Virus record (IMG/VR): IMGVR_UViG_2894682665_000004
Coordinates: 309-64,308 of that record
DNA: 64,000 nt
DNA from: a virus
Taxonomy: Duplodnaviria > Caudoviricetes
Reading direction: 5' to 3' (one strand)
The first letter of the stretch is position 1. Each line of letters starts with the position of its first letter. Both the position numbers and the translations under genes were made by a program. Of this stretch, positions 56,586-64,000 are shown one piece after another. The notes below the pieces were generated by a model. It searched no databases. It had not been told where the DNA came from and saw only the letters and a list, made by a program, of their open reading frames with translations.

Positions 56586-56711
56586 TTAAGCTAGTCCGTC
56601 AGGGAGTAGGGAAACGAAGTGTTTACCGGTTAGCGGGAACAGGGCAGCCGCTAGTTCGCGGGCCTAACGTTCCAGTTCGTCAGCGGTGGGTGGAGTGGGT
56701 TGATCGTTCAT
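56586..56711 (-). pseudogene. Small ORF with internal TAG
   Basis: MNDQPTPPTADELER*ARELAAALFPLTGKHFVSLLPDGLA; stop at 56664-56666. Confidence 0.3.
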
Positions 56712-57027
56712 AAGGGTACTCAAGGTAACTTATGAAGAAGTGGCGGCTTGTTATACACAAAAGCCCGGCTAGTAGCTGGGCCCTGTTATCCTCTCTATCC
56801 AAAATAATGTTTTAACCTAGTTAAAAGCACATTTGGCTTCTTCCTACTTGAAGGTTAGTAGGAAAGAAAAGAGCCCAGCGCAAGGCATCGGGCTTTTCGG
56901 ATCTATCCACGCCGCGCATGAGAAGTGAATCCCGTGCGCACAAGGTAACTATCAAAGCTACTGTTCAGAATACGGCTGGCAAAATGGTAACTTGGGCCGA
57001 AGTAAACCCCTCCTATTTGAAGCTGAT

Positions 57028-57252
57028 ATGAATGAACAACGGGTAGCTAACCAACCACTAAAGCTTGATGCGAGGGACATTAACAGAACTCTGCGCGCAA
57101 CTAAGCTTGCCATTGATGATTCTAAGAAACGCCTTGCCGAGTCAGTACATAGGCAGCAAGCCCTTAGTAATAAGCTTGCGGGTCTTTACCTGAAAATAGA
57201 TGTACTGGGCGAGTTTATTCAAAAACTGAAAACTGATTGGGGTGTAATTTAA
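57028..57252 (+). CDS. Small coiled-coil protein
   Basis: ATG at 57028. Confidence 0.5.
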   Translation: MNEQRVANQPLKLDARDINRTLRATKLAIDDSKKRLAESVHRQQALSNKLAGLYLKIDVLGEFIQKLKTDWGVI

Positions 57253-57357
57253 GGGAGCCTCCAATTGGTATTTAGCTAGTGTACAATAGACACTTAGGCT
57301 TATCGGGTTTACATGGAAACCAATCGTTGTCAATTGACTCTAAGCTAAGAATTACAT

Positions 57358-57558
57358 TCAGGGGGTATTACTCTTTGTAAATCGCCTGTTGCAGTGCGGA
57401 CAATAGTACGAAGATCGAGAATGCATTTTTGATCTAGGTTCCTTGCGGAGCAGATGAGCGCAGCGGGGACAGTTGGCTTTAGAGCTGAGCTTAAAGTACA
57501 AAAAGCTGCTGGCCGTCAAAGCACTAGTGAGCATACTGATAGGTAAGAGTGCATCCAT
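57358..57558 (-). CDS. Small TM + Zn-ribbon protein
   Basis: N-terminal hydrophobic stretch, CPRC...CPHC. Confidence 0.55.
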   Translation of the reverse strand: MDALLPISMLTSALTASSFLYFKLSSKANCPRCAHLLRKEPRSKMHSRSSYYCPHCNRRFTKSNTP

Positions 57559-57911
57559 ACGAGTAGTTTATAATAGGTGTATTTTTACATAAATGTATGC
57601 TTAACAATCAATTAGTTAACATATAGCAATAAAAGAAAACTTAATATTTATTATTAGGTAAATGTACTAAGATATAAGTAAGTATAAATCTTGAAAATGA
57701 CCTAGGTGATAGAACATAAAAAAGCCGAACCCTAGTAGAGTCCGGCTTAGTTAACTATCTCGTAGTATTCTATATAATAGACCTCTCTTATATAGTAAAG
57801 GTTCCTCCGCTTAATATATTTTGGTAGAATTTCATGGAAAGAGTTTGTGAAAAAATTAATACAGTAACTACATTGCTTTCGTGTTTACACGTCTATCTCG
57901 TTGTATTCGGC

Positions 57912-57947
57912 ACAGTCAGGTTGCCCGAAGGCAACCTGACTGTTTTT
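57912..57947 (+). terminator. Intrinsic terminator
   Basis: acagtcaggttgcc-cgaa-ggcaacctgactgt-tttt. Confidence 0.8.
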
Positions 57948-58039
57948 GGTTTAACAAATCGCAACCAGTATATAGCATAGACTTTCTGATTTACTCAGTA
58001 GTGGCCCCTGAAAAGGGGTATGTAACGTTAAGTGTATAC

Positions 58040-58073
58040 AAAAGCCGCCTCCCTTCTGGATGCGGCTTTTTTT
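58040..58073. terminator. Intrinsic terminator (bidirectional)
   Basis: aaaagccgc / gcggctttt plus T-run. Confidence 0.75.
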
Positions 58074-58114
58074 GTTTTTAGTTGGAGTTACCCAAGCTGG
58101 CGAGGTAGTTGTAG

Positions 58115-58627
58115 TTAATAGTCTAGGTAGGCAGACAAACGCTCACTAACGCGCCGTTGTCCAGCTTTTGCCTGTTTCAATTGCTTACGGTAAAGGGTCA
58201 TTTGCATTTCAAAACGGATATAACAGGACTCCCAGTAAGCGGTACGGGGTAGCCGGTGAATACGACCCTCCGTTTTTCTGATAGCAGCTTCAAGCCAATC
58301 GATTCGGGTTTGATACGTTTCATGCAAACGCCCGGAACAACTGGTAAGCAGTTGATGAGTGGCCGATTGGGGATTAACAGACTCATTAAGAAGAGTAGTC
58401 CATTCGACTTCAAGTTTTCTGATATGGGACGCGATTGGCTCACCATCGAAGGCTTCGGACGGTAGAGGCGTACGAAGGCCATTATCAAGGAGGTGAACGT
58501 GTACGACGATCCCGCCAGTCCTCACAAACTCACTAAGCACATCGAAGGTTTCTTCCAATGTGGAGAGTTGGGAGGAAAAAGGCCGAAATTGGCCCTCATT
58601 ATCCATTGTTACGAATACTAAGATCAT
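58115..58627 (-). CDS. Hypothetical protein
   Basis: 170 aa (alt start 58606), C-terminal coiled coil. Confidence 0.6.
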   Translation of the reverse strand: MILVFVTMDNEGQFRPFSSQLSTLEETFDVLSEFVRTGGIVVHVHLLDNGLRTPLPSEAFDGEPIASHIRKLEVEWTTLLNESVNPQSATHQLLTSCSGRLHETYQTRIDWLEAAIRKTEGRIHRLPRTAYWESCYIRFEMQMTLYRKQLKQAKAGQRRVSERLSAYLDY

Positions 58628-58853
58628 GCAGGTCGAAAAGTAGGGTATCGTAAGCGTTGAGGTATAAAGCTAACGGTTAAACTACAATTAGAAAACGATG
58701 GGGGGTTATCTATCAAATGGGTTAGGTAAAGGGCTACGATTAAGCGTTACGCAACTGGCGAGATACGTGTATATTCACTAAAACGATCGATCAATAAAAC
58801 GCCCGGTAGCGTAGGCTGATCGGGCGGGTAAAGCAAACCATACTCGCAAACCT

Positions 58854-60827
58854 CTATTTCTTATCCACGAGCTGCTTGACCAGCTGCTTGAGTTCATCAA
58901 TCTCTTTCTGTTGCTCTTGATTTTCCTTCAGTCTTTGCTGATCACTTTGCTGCAATTGCCGATTGGTTTTTTCCAGCTGAATGCTATACAGGGTCAGTTC
59001 CTCGATCTTGGCTAATAGCTTGGCATCCGTCTTGTGCAGATCATTACCCTGCTCAACCATCTCTTTGGCCGAGGGTACACCGGGCAGATGCTCATGCTCT
59101 TGAATGTACTGCTCAACCTGAGACAGGGGTTGCAATGCATAACCCGGCTTGAAGACGTAATCACTCCACTCGCTAGTGTTCTTGACGGCTACCTTCACCT
59201 TTTCGGTTAGAATACCTTTGCTCACAAACAGATTGTAGTCCGTTGGCGTCTTATCCACGCCCTGACCGATAATGATCGATTCCCCGTTGGTGCTCTGCAA
59301 GAATGATCCTTTCCGCTGCCACAGGGCATCCGCAGCGCCTTCGCGAGCTGAACCATTCAGGCTGCCCAGAATCACGTTACCAGAACCGTCCACTGTCAGA
59401 AACTTGGTCTGATTAGTCACGCTGGCGTTATTGCCGATAGTTAAATTCTGTAAGCGAAGACCTGATGTGCCATTCACGCCGGTACTGATGTGTAGCTTGG
59501 CCGAAGGAGCCCCCGTACCAATACCAACGTTGGCATTGGCTCCCAAGACGATACTGTTGCTCTGGCTAACCCGAGCACGAGCACCGATGGCGGTAGCATT
59601 AGTCAGGTTAGGTGTGTCAGGTGTAACATCAGCCGCAAAGCCAATGAAGACGTTTTCATCGTTACGGCTTTCTACACCCGCGAAACGGCCAATGGCCACG
59701 TTGTGAGTGCCTGTACTGTTGCGCAGTAGTGAGCCATCGCCAATGGCCGTATTGCCCAGGCCAGTGGTGGTGGTACTGCCCGACGCGTTCCCCATGAACA
59801 GGTTGTATGAACTGGTAGTGTTGTAGCCTGCCTGTTGACCCAAAAACATATTACCTGTACCAGTAGAGTTGGTGTAGCCAGCCGCACTACCAATAAAGAC
59901 GTTGGCCTGACCAGTAGTATTGCCATAACCCGCCTGATAACCCATGAACGTATTCTGGGATCCGGTTGAATTGCTACTCCCCGTTGAGGCACCCACAAAT
60001 GTATTATTAGCGCCCGCATTCGTGGTATAACCTGCACCGCTACCGATAAACGTATTTTGGGATCCTCTATCATTGCTGTAACCAGCTTGGCCCCCCAAAA
60101 ATGTATTGCTGAAGCCCGTGGTATTACTGATGCCGGTTAGAGAGCCATAAAAAGCATTTTGCGAGCCGGTTGTCGTTGAATAACCGGCCTGGTTACCCGT
60201 AAAGGTGTTGTCGGAACCTGTCGAGTTATAGTAGCCGGCTGAGCTGCCTAGGAAGACATTTCGGCCACCGCTCGTATTAGTGTAGCCAGAGCTACTACCC
60301 AGGAAGGTATTTGTTGTACCTGTATTGTTTTTGTAGCCTGAAAAATAGCCGATGAACGTGTTGTCATTACTGCCCGCATTGGTTCGACCGGCTGAATGAC
60401 CTAGAAAAACATTTCTCTCGCCATAGTTACTGAAGCCTGCTTCGTTGCCAATAAACGTATTGTAGCTTTTATCAACATTGTTGAAGCCGGCAGCGTAACC
60501 AATGAAGATATTTTCCAAACCCGACGTAATGCTGTAACCTGAGCGAGACCCCATACTGACATTACGGCTACCCGATCTGTTGTTATGCCCTGCATTAAAG
60601 CCAACGAATGTATTTTCATGGGCGTTTTGCGAGCTTTGACCAGCCCAATAGCCTAAAAAGGTATTGCTACTGCCATTAACGGCAGTAGCCGTCATTGGGC
60701 CAATCAGTGTATTGTAAAAACCGGTACCGGTCGAGTTGGATTCAGTAATTACGTAATTGCCTTGTGCCTGCACCAACCCAGGCAGCATAAGCAACAGAAA
60801 AACCAGTGAAAAGTAGAGTCGTTTCAT
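58854..60827 (-). CDS. Secreted trimeric-fibre-like Gly/Asn/Thr-repeat protein (Bacteroidota TMF/tail-fibre-domain type)
   Basis: SP ...GLVQAQ; about 20 NTF(L/I)G..AG..N repeats; WSDYVF...LPGVPSA...LLAKIEELTLY C-terminus. Confidence 0.85.
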   Translation of the reverse strand: MKRLYFSLVFLLLMLPGLVQAQGNYVITESNSTGTGFYNTLIGPMTATAVNGSSNTFLGYWAGQSSQNAHENTFVGFNAGHNNRSGSRNVSMGSRSGYSITSGLENIFIGYAAGFNNVDKSYNTFIGNEAGFSNYGERNVFLGHSAGRTNAGSNDNTFIGYFSGYKNNTGTTNTFLGSSSGYTNTSGGRNVFLGSSAGYYNSTGSDNTFTGNQAGYSTTTGSQNAFYGSLTGISNTTGFSNTFLGGQAGYSNDRGSQNTFIGSGAGYTTNAGANNTFVGASTGSSNSTGSQNTFMGYQAGYGNTTGQANVFIGSAAGYTNSTGTGNMFLGQQAGYNTTSSYNLFMGNASGSTTTTGLGNTAIGDGSLLRNSTGTHNVAIGRFAGVESRNDENVFIGFAADVTPDTPNLTNATAIGARARVSQSNSIVLGANANVGIGTGAPSAKLHISTGVNGTSGLRLQNLTIGNNASVTNQTKFLTVDGSGNVILGSLNGSAREGAADALWQRKGSFLQSTNGESIIIGQGVDKTPTDYNLFVSKGILTEKVKVAVKNTSEWSDYVFKPGYALQPLSQVEQYIQEHEHLPGVPSAKEMVEQGNDLHKTDAKLLAKIEELTLYSIQLEKTNRQLQQSDQQRLKENQEQQKEIDELKQLVKQLVDKK

Positions 60828-60974
60828 ACTATATAAGATTATAATTTAATAGCCTAAGCTAACAGAGATAGTTGTAGCAAATTCCAAGCAGCTATCCTTT
60901 TTACTTTTCGGCACTGTCCGTTCTAGTTTAAGTAACATTACTGGAATAGAGTAGCTCCTTAGTTCTTACAACAA

Positions 60975-61164
60975 AAACGCCCGGCTCAAGATGACCGGGC
61001 GTTTCCTCTTCTATCCACACCATATTTAGACGAGGTATCGCCGTCTATAGACGGGAATCCGGTCTAATGTCGTCTAGGCTCGTCTAAGCCTTTGTTCGGT
61101 TTTAGGTAGGATGATTAAGATACCCGGCCACAAGCGCAGCCGGGTAGTCTGCTTCTATCCACAC
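60975..61164. repeat. GTCTA array between two hairpin+CTATCCACAC units
   Basis: ccgtctatagacgg palindrome 61041-61054; GTCTA at 61062, 61072, 61082; ttctatccacac at 61009 and 61153. Confidence 0.65.
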
Positions 61165-61192
61165 CCTGATAGCTATTCGCTACCAGATATCG

Positions 61193-61420
61193 TTAGGCCC
61201 ACCGGAGCAGGCGCTGTATCGTATCGCGGGTCTGGGCCCGCGTTGGTTTGACTCGTTTGTATCTGGGAAAGCGCCAGCGAACATTTATTTCCTTAGAAAC
61301 CTTGACAATCTCTCCAGTTAACGGATCCGGAAACCAGAAATGCAACCAAGTTGTGTAATTATAAGATTCACCTTCATTGACTGACGCAGGCCCTTTTATG
61401 GTGTAATACGGATCGTTCAT
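61193..61420 (-). CDS. Hypothetical protein
   Basis: 75 aa, last of coupled small-gene operon. Confidence 0.55.
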   Translation of the reverse strand: MNDPYYTIKGPASVNEGESYNYTTWLHFWFPDPLTGEIVKVSKEINVRWRFPRYKRVKPTRAQTRDTIQRLLRWA

Positions 61421-61854
61421 GCGAAGAATAGTTTATACTGACCGCGATGATCGACTCTTGCTTCGGGTTCATCGGCGATAACTGGCTTTGCAACTTGTTG
61501 ACCGAAATACACTTCGGGGCCAACAAACACCAACTCTCTATTACCACATTTTACCTGCATACCTTCGTAAGAACGTCTCCGGTTGCCTTTATCAACCTCA
61601 ACAAAATGATTTATGTACCTTAAAGGCTTCAGTTCGCCTTTATAGCTAGATAGGTCCACGACCCGCTGGCAGTCAATAACTTTCCAGCCTTGATTGCCCC
61701 CCTTTGATACGGCACCCGTGGCCACCCATTCCTCATTTTGCCACATGAACGTTTGACATTTGCCGCCATCGACAATGCTTTGGCAGGATATCTTTTTGTC
61801 CATCTCCTTGAATTTGGCCTCAGGGACAAATACGGTAGCATCGTAGTAGCTCAT
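61417..61854 (-). CDS. Hypothetical protein
   Basis: 145 aa, ends GQYKLFFA. Confidence 0.65.
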   Translation of the reverse strand: MSYYDATVFVPEAKFKEMDKKISCQSIVDGGKCQTFMWQNEEWVATGAVSKGGNQGWKVIDCQRVVDLSSYKGELKPLRYINHFVEVDKGNRRRSYEGMQVKCGNRELVFVGPEVYFGQQVAKPVIADEPEARVDHRGQYKLFFA

Positions 61855-61857
61855 AGC

Positions 61858-62337
61858 TCAGAATAACATGAGTTGACCTTTGCTACCGACCTGCGGATCC
61901 GGCACCACGACAGGCTTGGCTACAAGTAGGGCTTCTAGCTTGATTTGCTGCTGCTTCAGCTGATACCCTGCCGTAACCGGGTGGTTGTGCGGCTGATTGA
62001 AGTGATAGCCCAGTTCATGCGCGATGATCGTATTTCCCTCGATCGCCAGATTGAACCACGTCAGACAGTGATTATGCACGTGGTAGCCACACAGACAGAA
62101 GTAGGCCAGCTGGAGGGTATGGTAGCCGGCCCCGTTGCTGTAGAACGATAAGCGGGCATTATGCTTCTGCTGACAGGGCAAACCCGTTTTGATCCAGCCC
62201 ATGTCCAGCCCCACGATCGTGCCAGTGCTGTACTCCTGCTTCGTTGCTGTTACGTGGATCTGGCCGAGTTCGGGGGTAACGACGATGAACGAATCCCCGT
62301 CGCGGAAGGACTGTTTATTGACCAAGTAGGTGTTCAT
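61858..62337 (-). CDS. Hypothetical protein
   Basis: 159 aa, Cys/His-rich, ends KGQLMLF. Confidence 0.65.
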   Translation of the reverse strand: MNTYLVNKQSFRDGDSFIVVTPELGQIHVTATKQEYSTGTIVGLDMGWIKTGLPCQQKHNARLSFYSNGAGYHTLQLAYFCLCGYHVHNHCLTWFNLAIEGNTIIAHELGYHFNQPHNHPVTAGYQLKQQQIKLEALLVAKPVVVPDPQVGSKGQLMLF

Positions 62338-62620
62338 AGCTCTTTATCTTTTTTCTGACCCATTCGACGTGTTCCTGCAATAGAGTCTCAACCTGTTGCC
62401 AGGCCTCGACCTCCGTTAATTTGGCTTCCAACAGCTGAACGCCATCGGTGTAGTACGGCCGGCGGTTGCTGATCACCCCGTCCTGATCCGGTGGGTGCAG
62501 CAGCGTGTAGAAGTTGCGACCCGGCACCTGCCCGGCGAACGACCAGGCTTTGACCTCTACCCCGTCCGGGAGGTAGATCACGGTGCCGTACTCAAGTGCT
62601 TTGAGTTCGTCGGCCGTCAT
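62315..62620 (-). CDS. Hypothetical protein
   Basis: 101 aa coupled ORF. Confidence 0.6.
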   Translation of the reverse strand: MTADELKALEYGTVIYLPDGVEVKAWSFAGQVPGRNFYTLLHPPDQDGVISNRRPYYTDGVQLLEAKLTEVEAWQQVETLLQEHVEWVRKKIKSYEHLLGQ

Positions 62621-62808
62621 AGACTGATCTTTTTACAGTTATCGGCTGACACGGTCTTCTTCGACTCAGAGGCCTTATCGGGCTGAACAATGAGTTTACC
62701 CCCGTCTGTCCAGTGAATCACCGTCGCTTTGTAAGTACCCCGAACGTGGCCCTTCACAAGCTTTGTAACCGATACCCGGTCGCCGGGCTTAATGACGGGT
62801 GATTTCAT
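62617..62808 (-). CDS. Small SH3/KOW-like protein
   Basis: IKPGDRVSVT...YKATVIHW. Confidence 0.55.
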   Translation of the reverse strand: MKSPVIKPGDRVSVTKLVKGHVRGTYKATVIHWTDGGKLIVQPDKASESKKTVSADNCKKISL

Positions 62809-62962
62809 AGCTAGAGAGAGCAGCGTGCTTGACGACGACTTTGTGGGGTTGACCGAACAGGCCAGGGCGAACGGGCTGGCTCGTCTGCTGTACGGTATTC
62901 AGGCAAATACGGTAGGTGTAGGCAGCCAGCAGGAATAGGGCGACGGGGATAACTTTTGTCAT
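62789..62962 (-). CDS. Small N-terminal TM protein
   Basis: Start MTKVIPV at 62962, first gene after minus-strand -7 box. Confidence 0.45.
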   Translation of the reverse strand: MTKVIPVALFLLAAYTYRICLNTVQQTSQPVRPGLFGQPHKVVVKHAALSSYEITRH

Positions 62963-62985
62963 GATTGAGGTTGATTTAGATTGTA

Positions 62986-63058
62986 TCGACTTAGTCGACA
63001 TGCAAATGTAGCAAGTATATTTGTTACAATCAATACTATTAAACAAATATTATTGTTT
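62986..63058. promoter_or_regulatory. Second divergent promoter switch
   Basis: TACATTTG (-) 63003-63010, TATATTTG (+) 63016-63023; palindromes tcgact-t-agtcga 62986-62998 and aaacaa/ttgttt 63041-63058. Confidence 0.6.
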
Positions 63059-63092
63059 ATTTTTGTCCATCAACTCAAAGCTGCTTACTATT

Positions 63093-63443
63093 ATGACAAA
63101 ATTACTTGTTATGGCAATTGAGGCCGAGATTAAAGGTCAATGGTTAAGGGAGGCTATCGAGTTACAAGGTGATACCCTAAAAGAGTGTGCGTCTAAAATG
63201 GGACTGAGCTACCCGACCACAGTTTACAATCATGCCAACGATGTGAGCTATATGGGGGCAAAGCTTTTGGCAGGTTTAGCACAAGTTTATCCAAGCATCA
63301 ATCTTCACTATATTCTTACTGGGGTGGGGTTGCCGAAGCTCTCACTAGGCTCTGATTTTTCCAGCCTAACGGATGATGCGCGTACGGCTTATGAAGCAAA
63401 CAAGCGCATAGTTGATCATCTGAAAGCTTTTGATGACTTATGA
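63093..63443 (+). CDS. XRE/CI-like HTH regulator without peptidase
   Basis: TLKECASKMGLSYPTTVYNH...INLHYILTGVG; start MTKLL at 63093. Confidence 0.75.
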   Translation: MTKLLVMAIEAEIKGQWLREAIELQGDTLKECASKMGLSYPTTVYNHANDVSYMGAKLLAGLAQVYPSINLHYILTGVGLPKLSLGSDFSSLTDDARTAYEANKRIVDHLKAFDDL

Positions 63444-64000
63444 GAACCTATTTCATTTATATACTATCAGACCCCAGAGATAATAGAGTGCGTTATGTTG
63501 GCTGTACGCTTAATCCAAAGAGTAGGCTCATTAGCCACATTTCTGGCAAAAGTGGATTTAAGCGTGCAGAATGGATCGACGAACTTAAGGTTTGTAATTT
63601 AATCCCGACTCTTACTGTTGTGTCAACGAGCCATGAAAAGCAGGCTGCCGTTTTAGAGGAAATTAGGGTCTATAAACTATATGATCCAAGTGACCTGGTT
63701 TGCGAAAACCCAGAAAGATTTAAATATTCTCAGGCCTCCAGTAAATACGAAAAGGCCAAGGGGTTGTTAGCCACAAGTCAAACCGATATCCTCGATTTCC
63801 TAAAATCGACACGATGGCTGAATATCGACTGGGTTGCAAACCAAATGTGGCCTAACAACAAAAGTGCAAACACTTACCTCAGCCGTAAGCTCAGCGGAGA
63901 ACGACCCTTTACTCGAAAGGACGCTTTGTTGGCAAAAGATGTATTGAATAAATTGGGTGTGACACTGACAGAATTGTCAGTTGCGGATGTCTATAAATAG
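63440..64000 (+). CDS. GIY-YIG endonuclease with C-terminal HTH-like domain
   Basis: YFIYILSDPRDNRVRYVGCT...RLISH; C-terminal LNIDWVANQMW...YLSRKLSG..PFT. Confidence 0.85.
   Translation: MRTYFIYILSDPRDNRVRYVGCTLNPKSRLISHISGKSGFKRAEWIDELKVCNLIPTLTVVSTSHEKQAAVLEEIRVYKLYDPSDLVCENPERFKYSQASSKYEKAKGLLATSQTDILDFLKSTRWLNIDWVANQMWPNNKSANTYLSRKLSGERPFTRKDALLAKDVLNKLGVTLTELSVADVYK

Larger units (their letters stand above)
1..64000. mobile_element. Prophage region (temperate HK97-like siphovirus, possibly composite); ends not visible
   Basis: Integrase, CI/Cro, replication, terminase-portal-protease-capsid, tail and lysis modules all present; no host housekeeping synteny. Confidence 0.95.

Noticed and set aside
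59400-60720. Nucleotide periodicity as a repeat array
   Set aside because: Explained by protein repeats in the fibre-like gene
1-64000. tRNA/rRNA genes or genome-wide stop-codon recoding
   Set aside because: No cloverleaf or rRNA signatures seen; core genes are intact in the standard code

Overview
The whole window is prophage DNA. The host is probably Bacteroidota, likely Cytophagales/Spirosoma-like; this is inferred from TAnnTTTG promoter boxes, DUF4494/DUF4884-type genes and Gln-ending signal peptides. Layout: (i) 1-15.1 kb: 5'-truncated tyrosine integrase, an AT-rich cargo block (kdsA, two membrane proteins, Abi-alpha/DUF4393, DUF4145), a CI/Cro switch, KilA-N antirepressor, excisionase, replication initiator with internal iterons, VRR-NUC, DUF4494 and HNH, with the early operon running rightwards. 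(ii) 15.1-21.9 kb: a junction with a large lipoprotein, a umuC remnant and a TOPRIM primase-like gene. (iii) 21.9-56.5 kb: a complete HK97-like siphovirus late operon on the minus strand (HNH, TerS, TerL, portal, protease, capsid, neck, tail tube, frameshifting chaperone, tape measure, tail tip, lysis), split by an opposite-strand XRE/HNH/LAGLIDADG cassette. (iv) 56.5-64 kb: morons, a leftward small-gene operon and a second divergent HTH switch with a GIY-YIG gene. The most unusual feature is five consecutive genes in the tail-fibre position that carry Sec signal peptides ending in A/G-Gln, one fused directly to a classic tail-fibre motif. Other leads are a CCGTAAC motif before many late start codons, kdsA as prophage cargo, and several C-terminal beta-clamp-like motifs. 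All family calls are by motif recognition; no database was run. No rRNA, tRNA or CRISPR array was seen.
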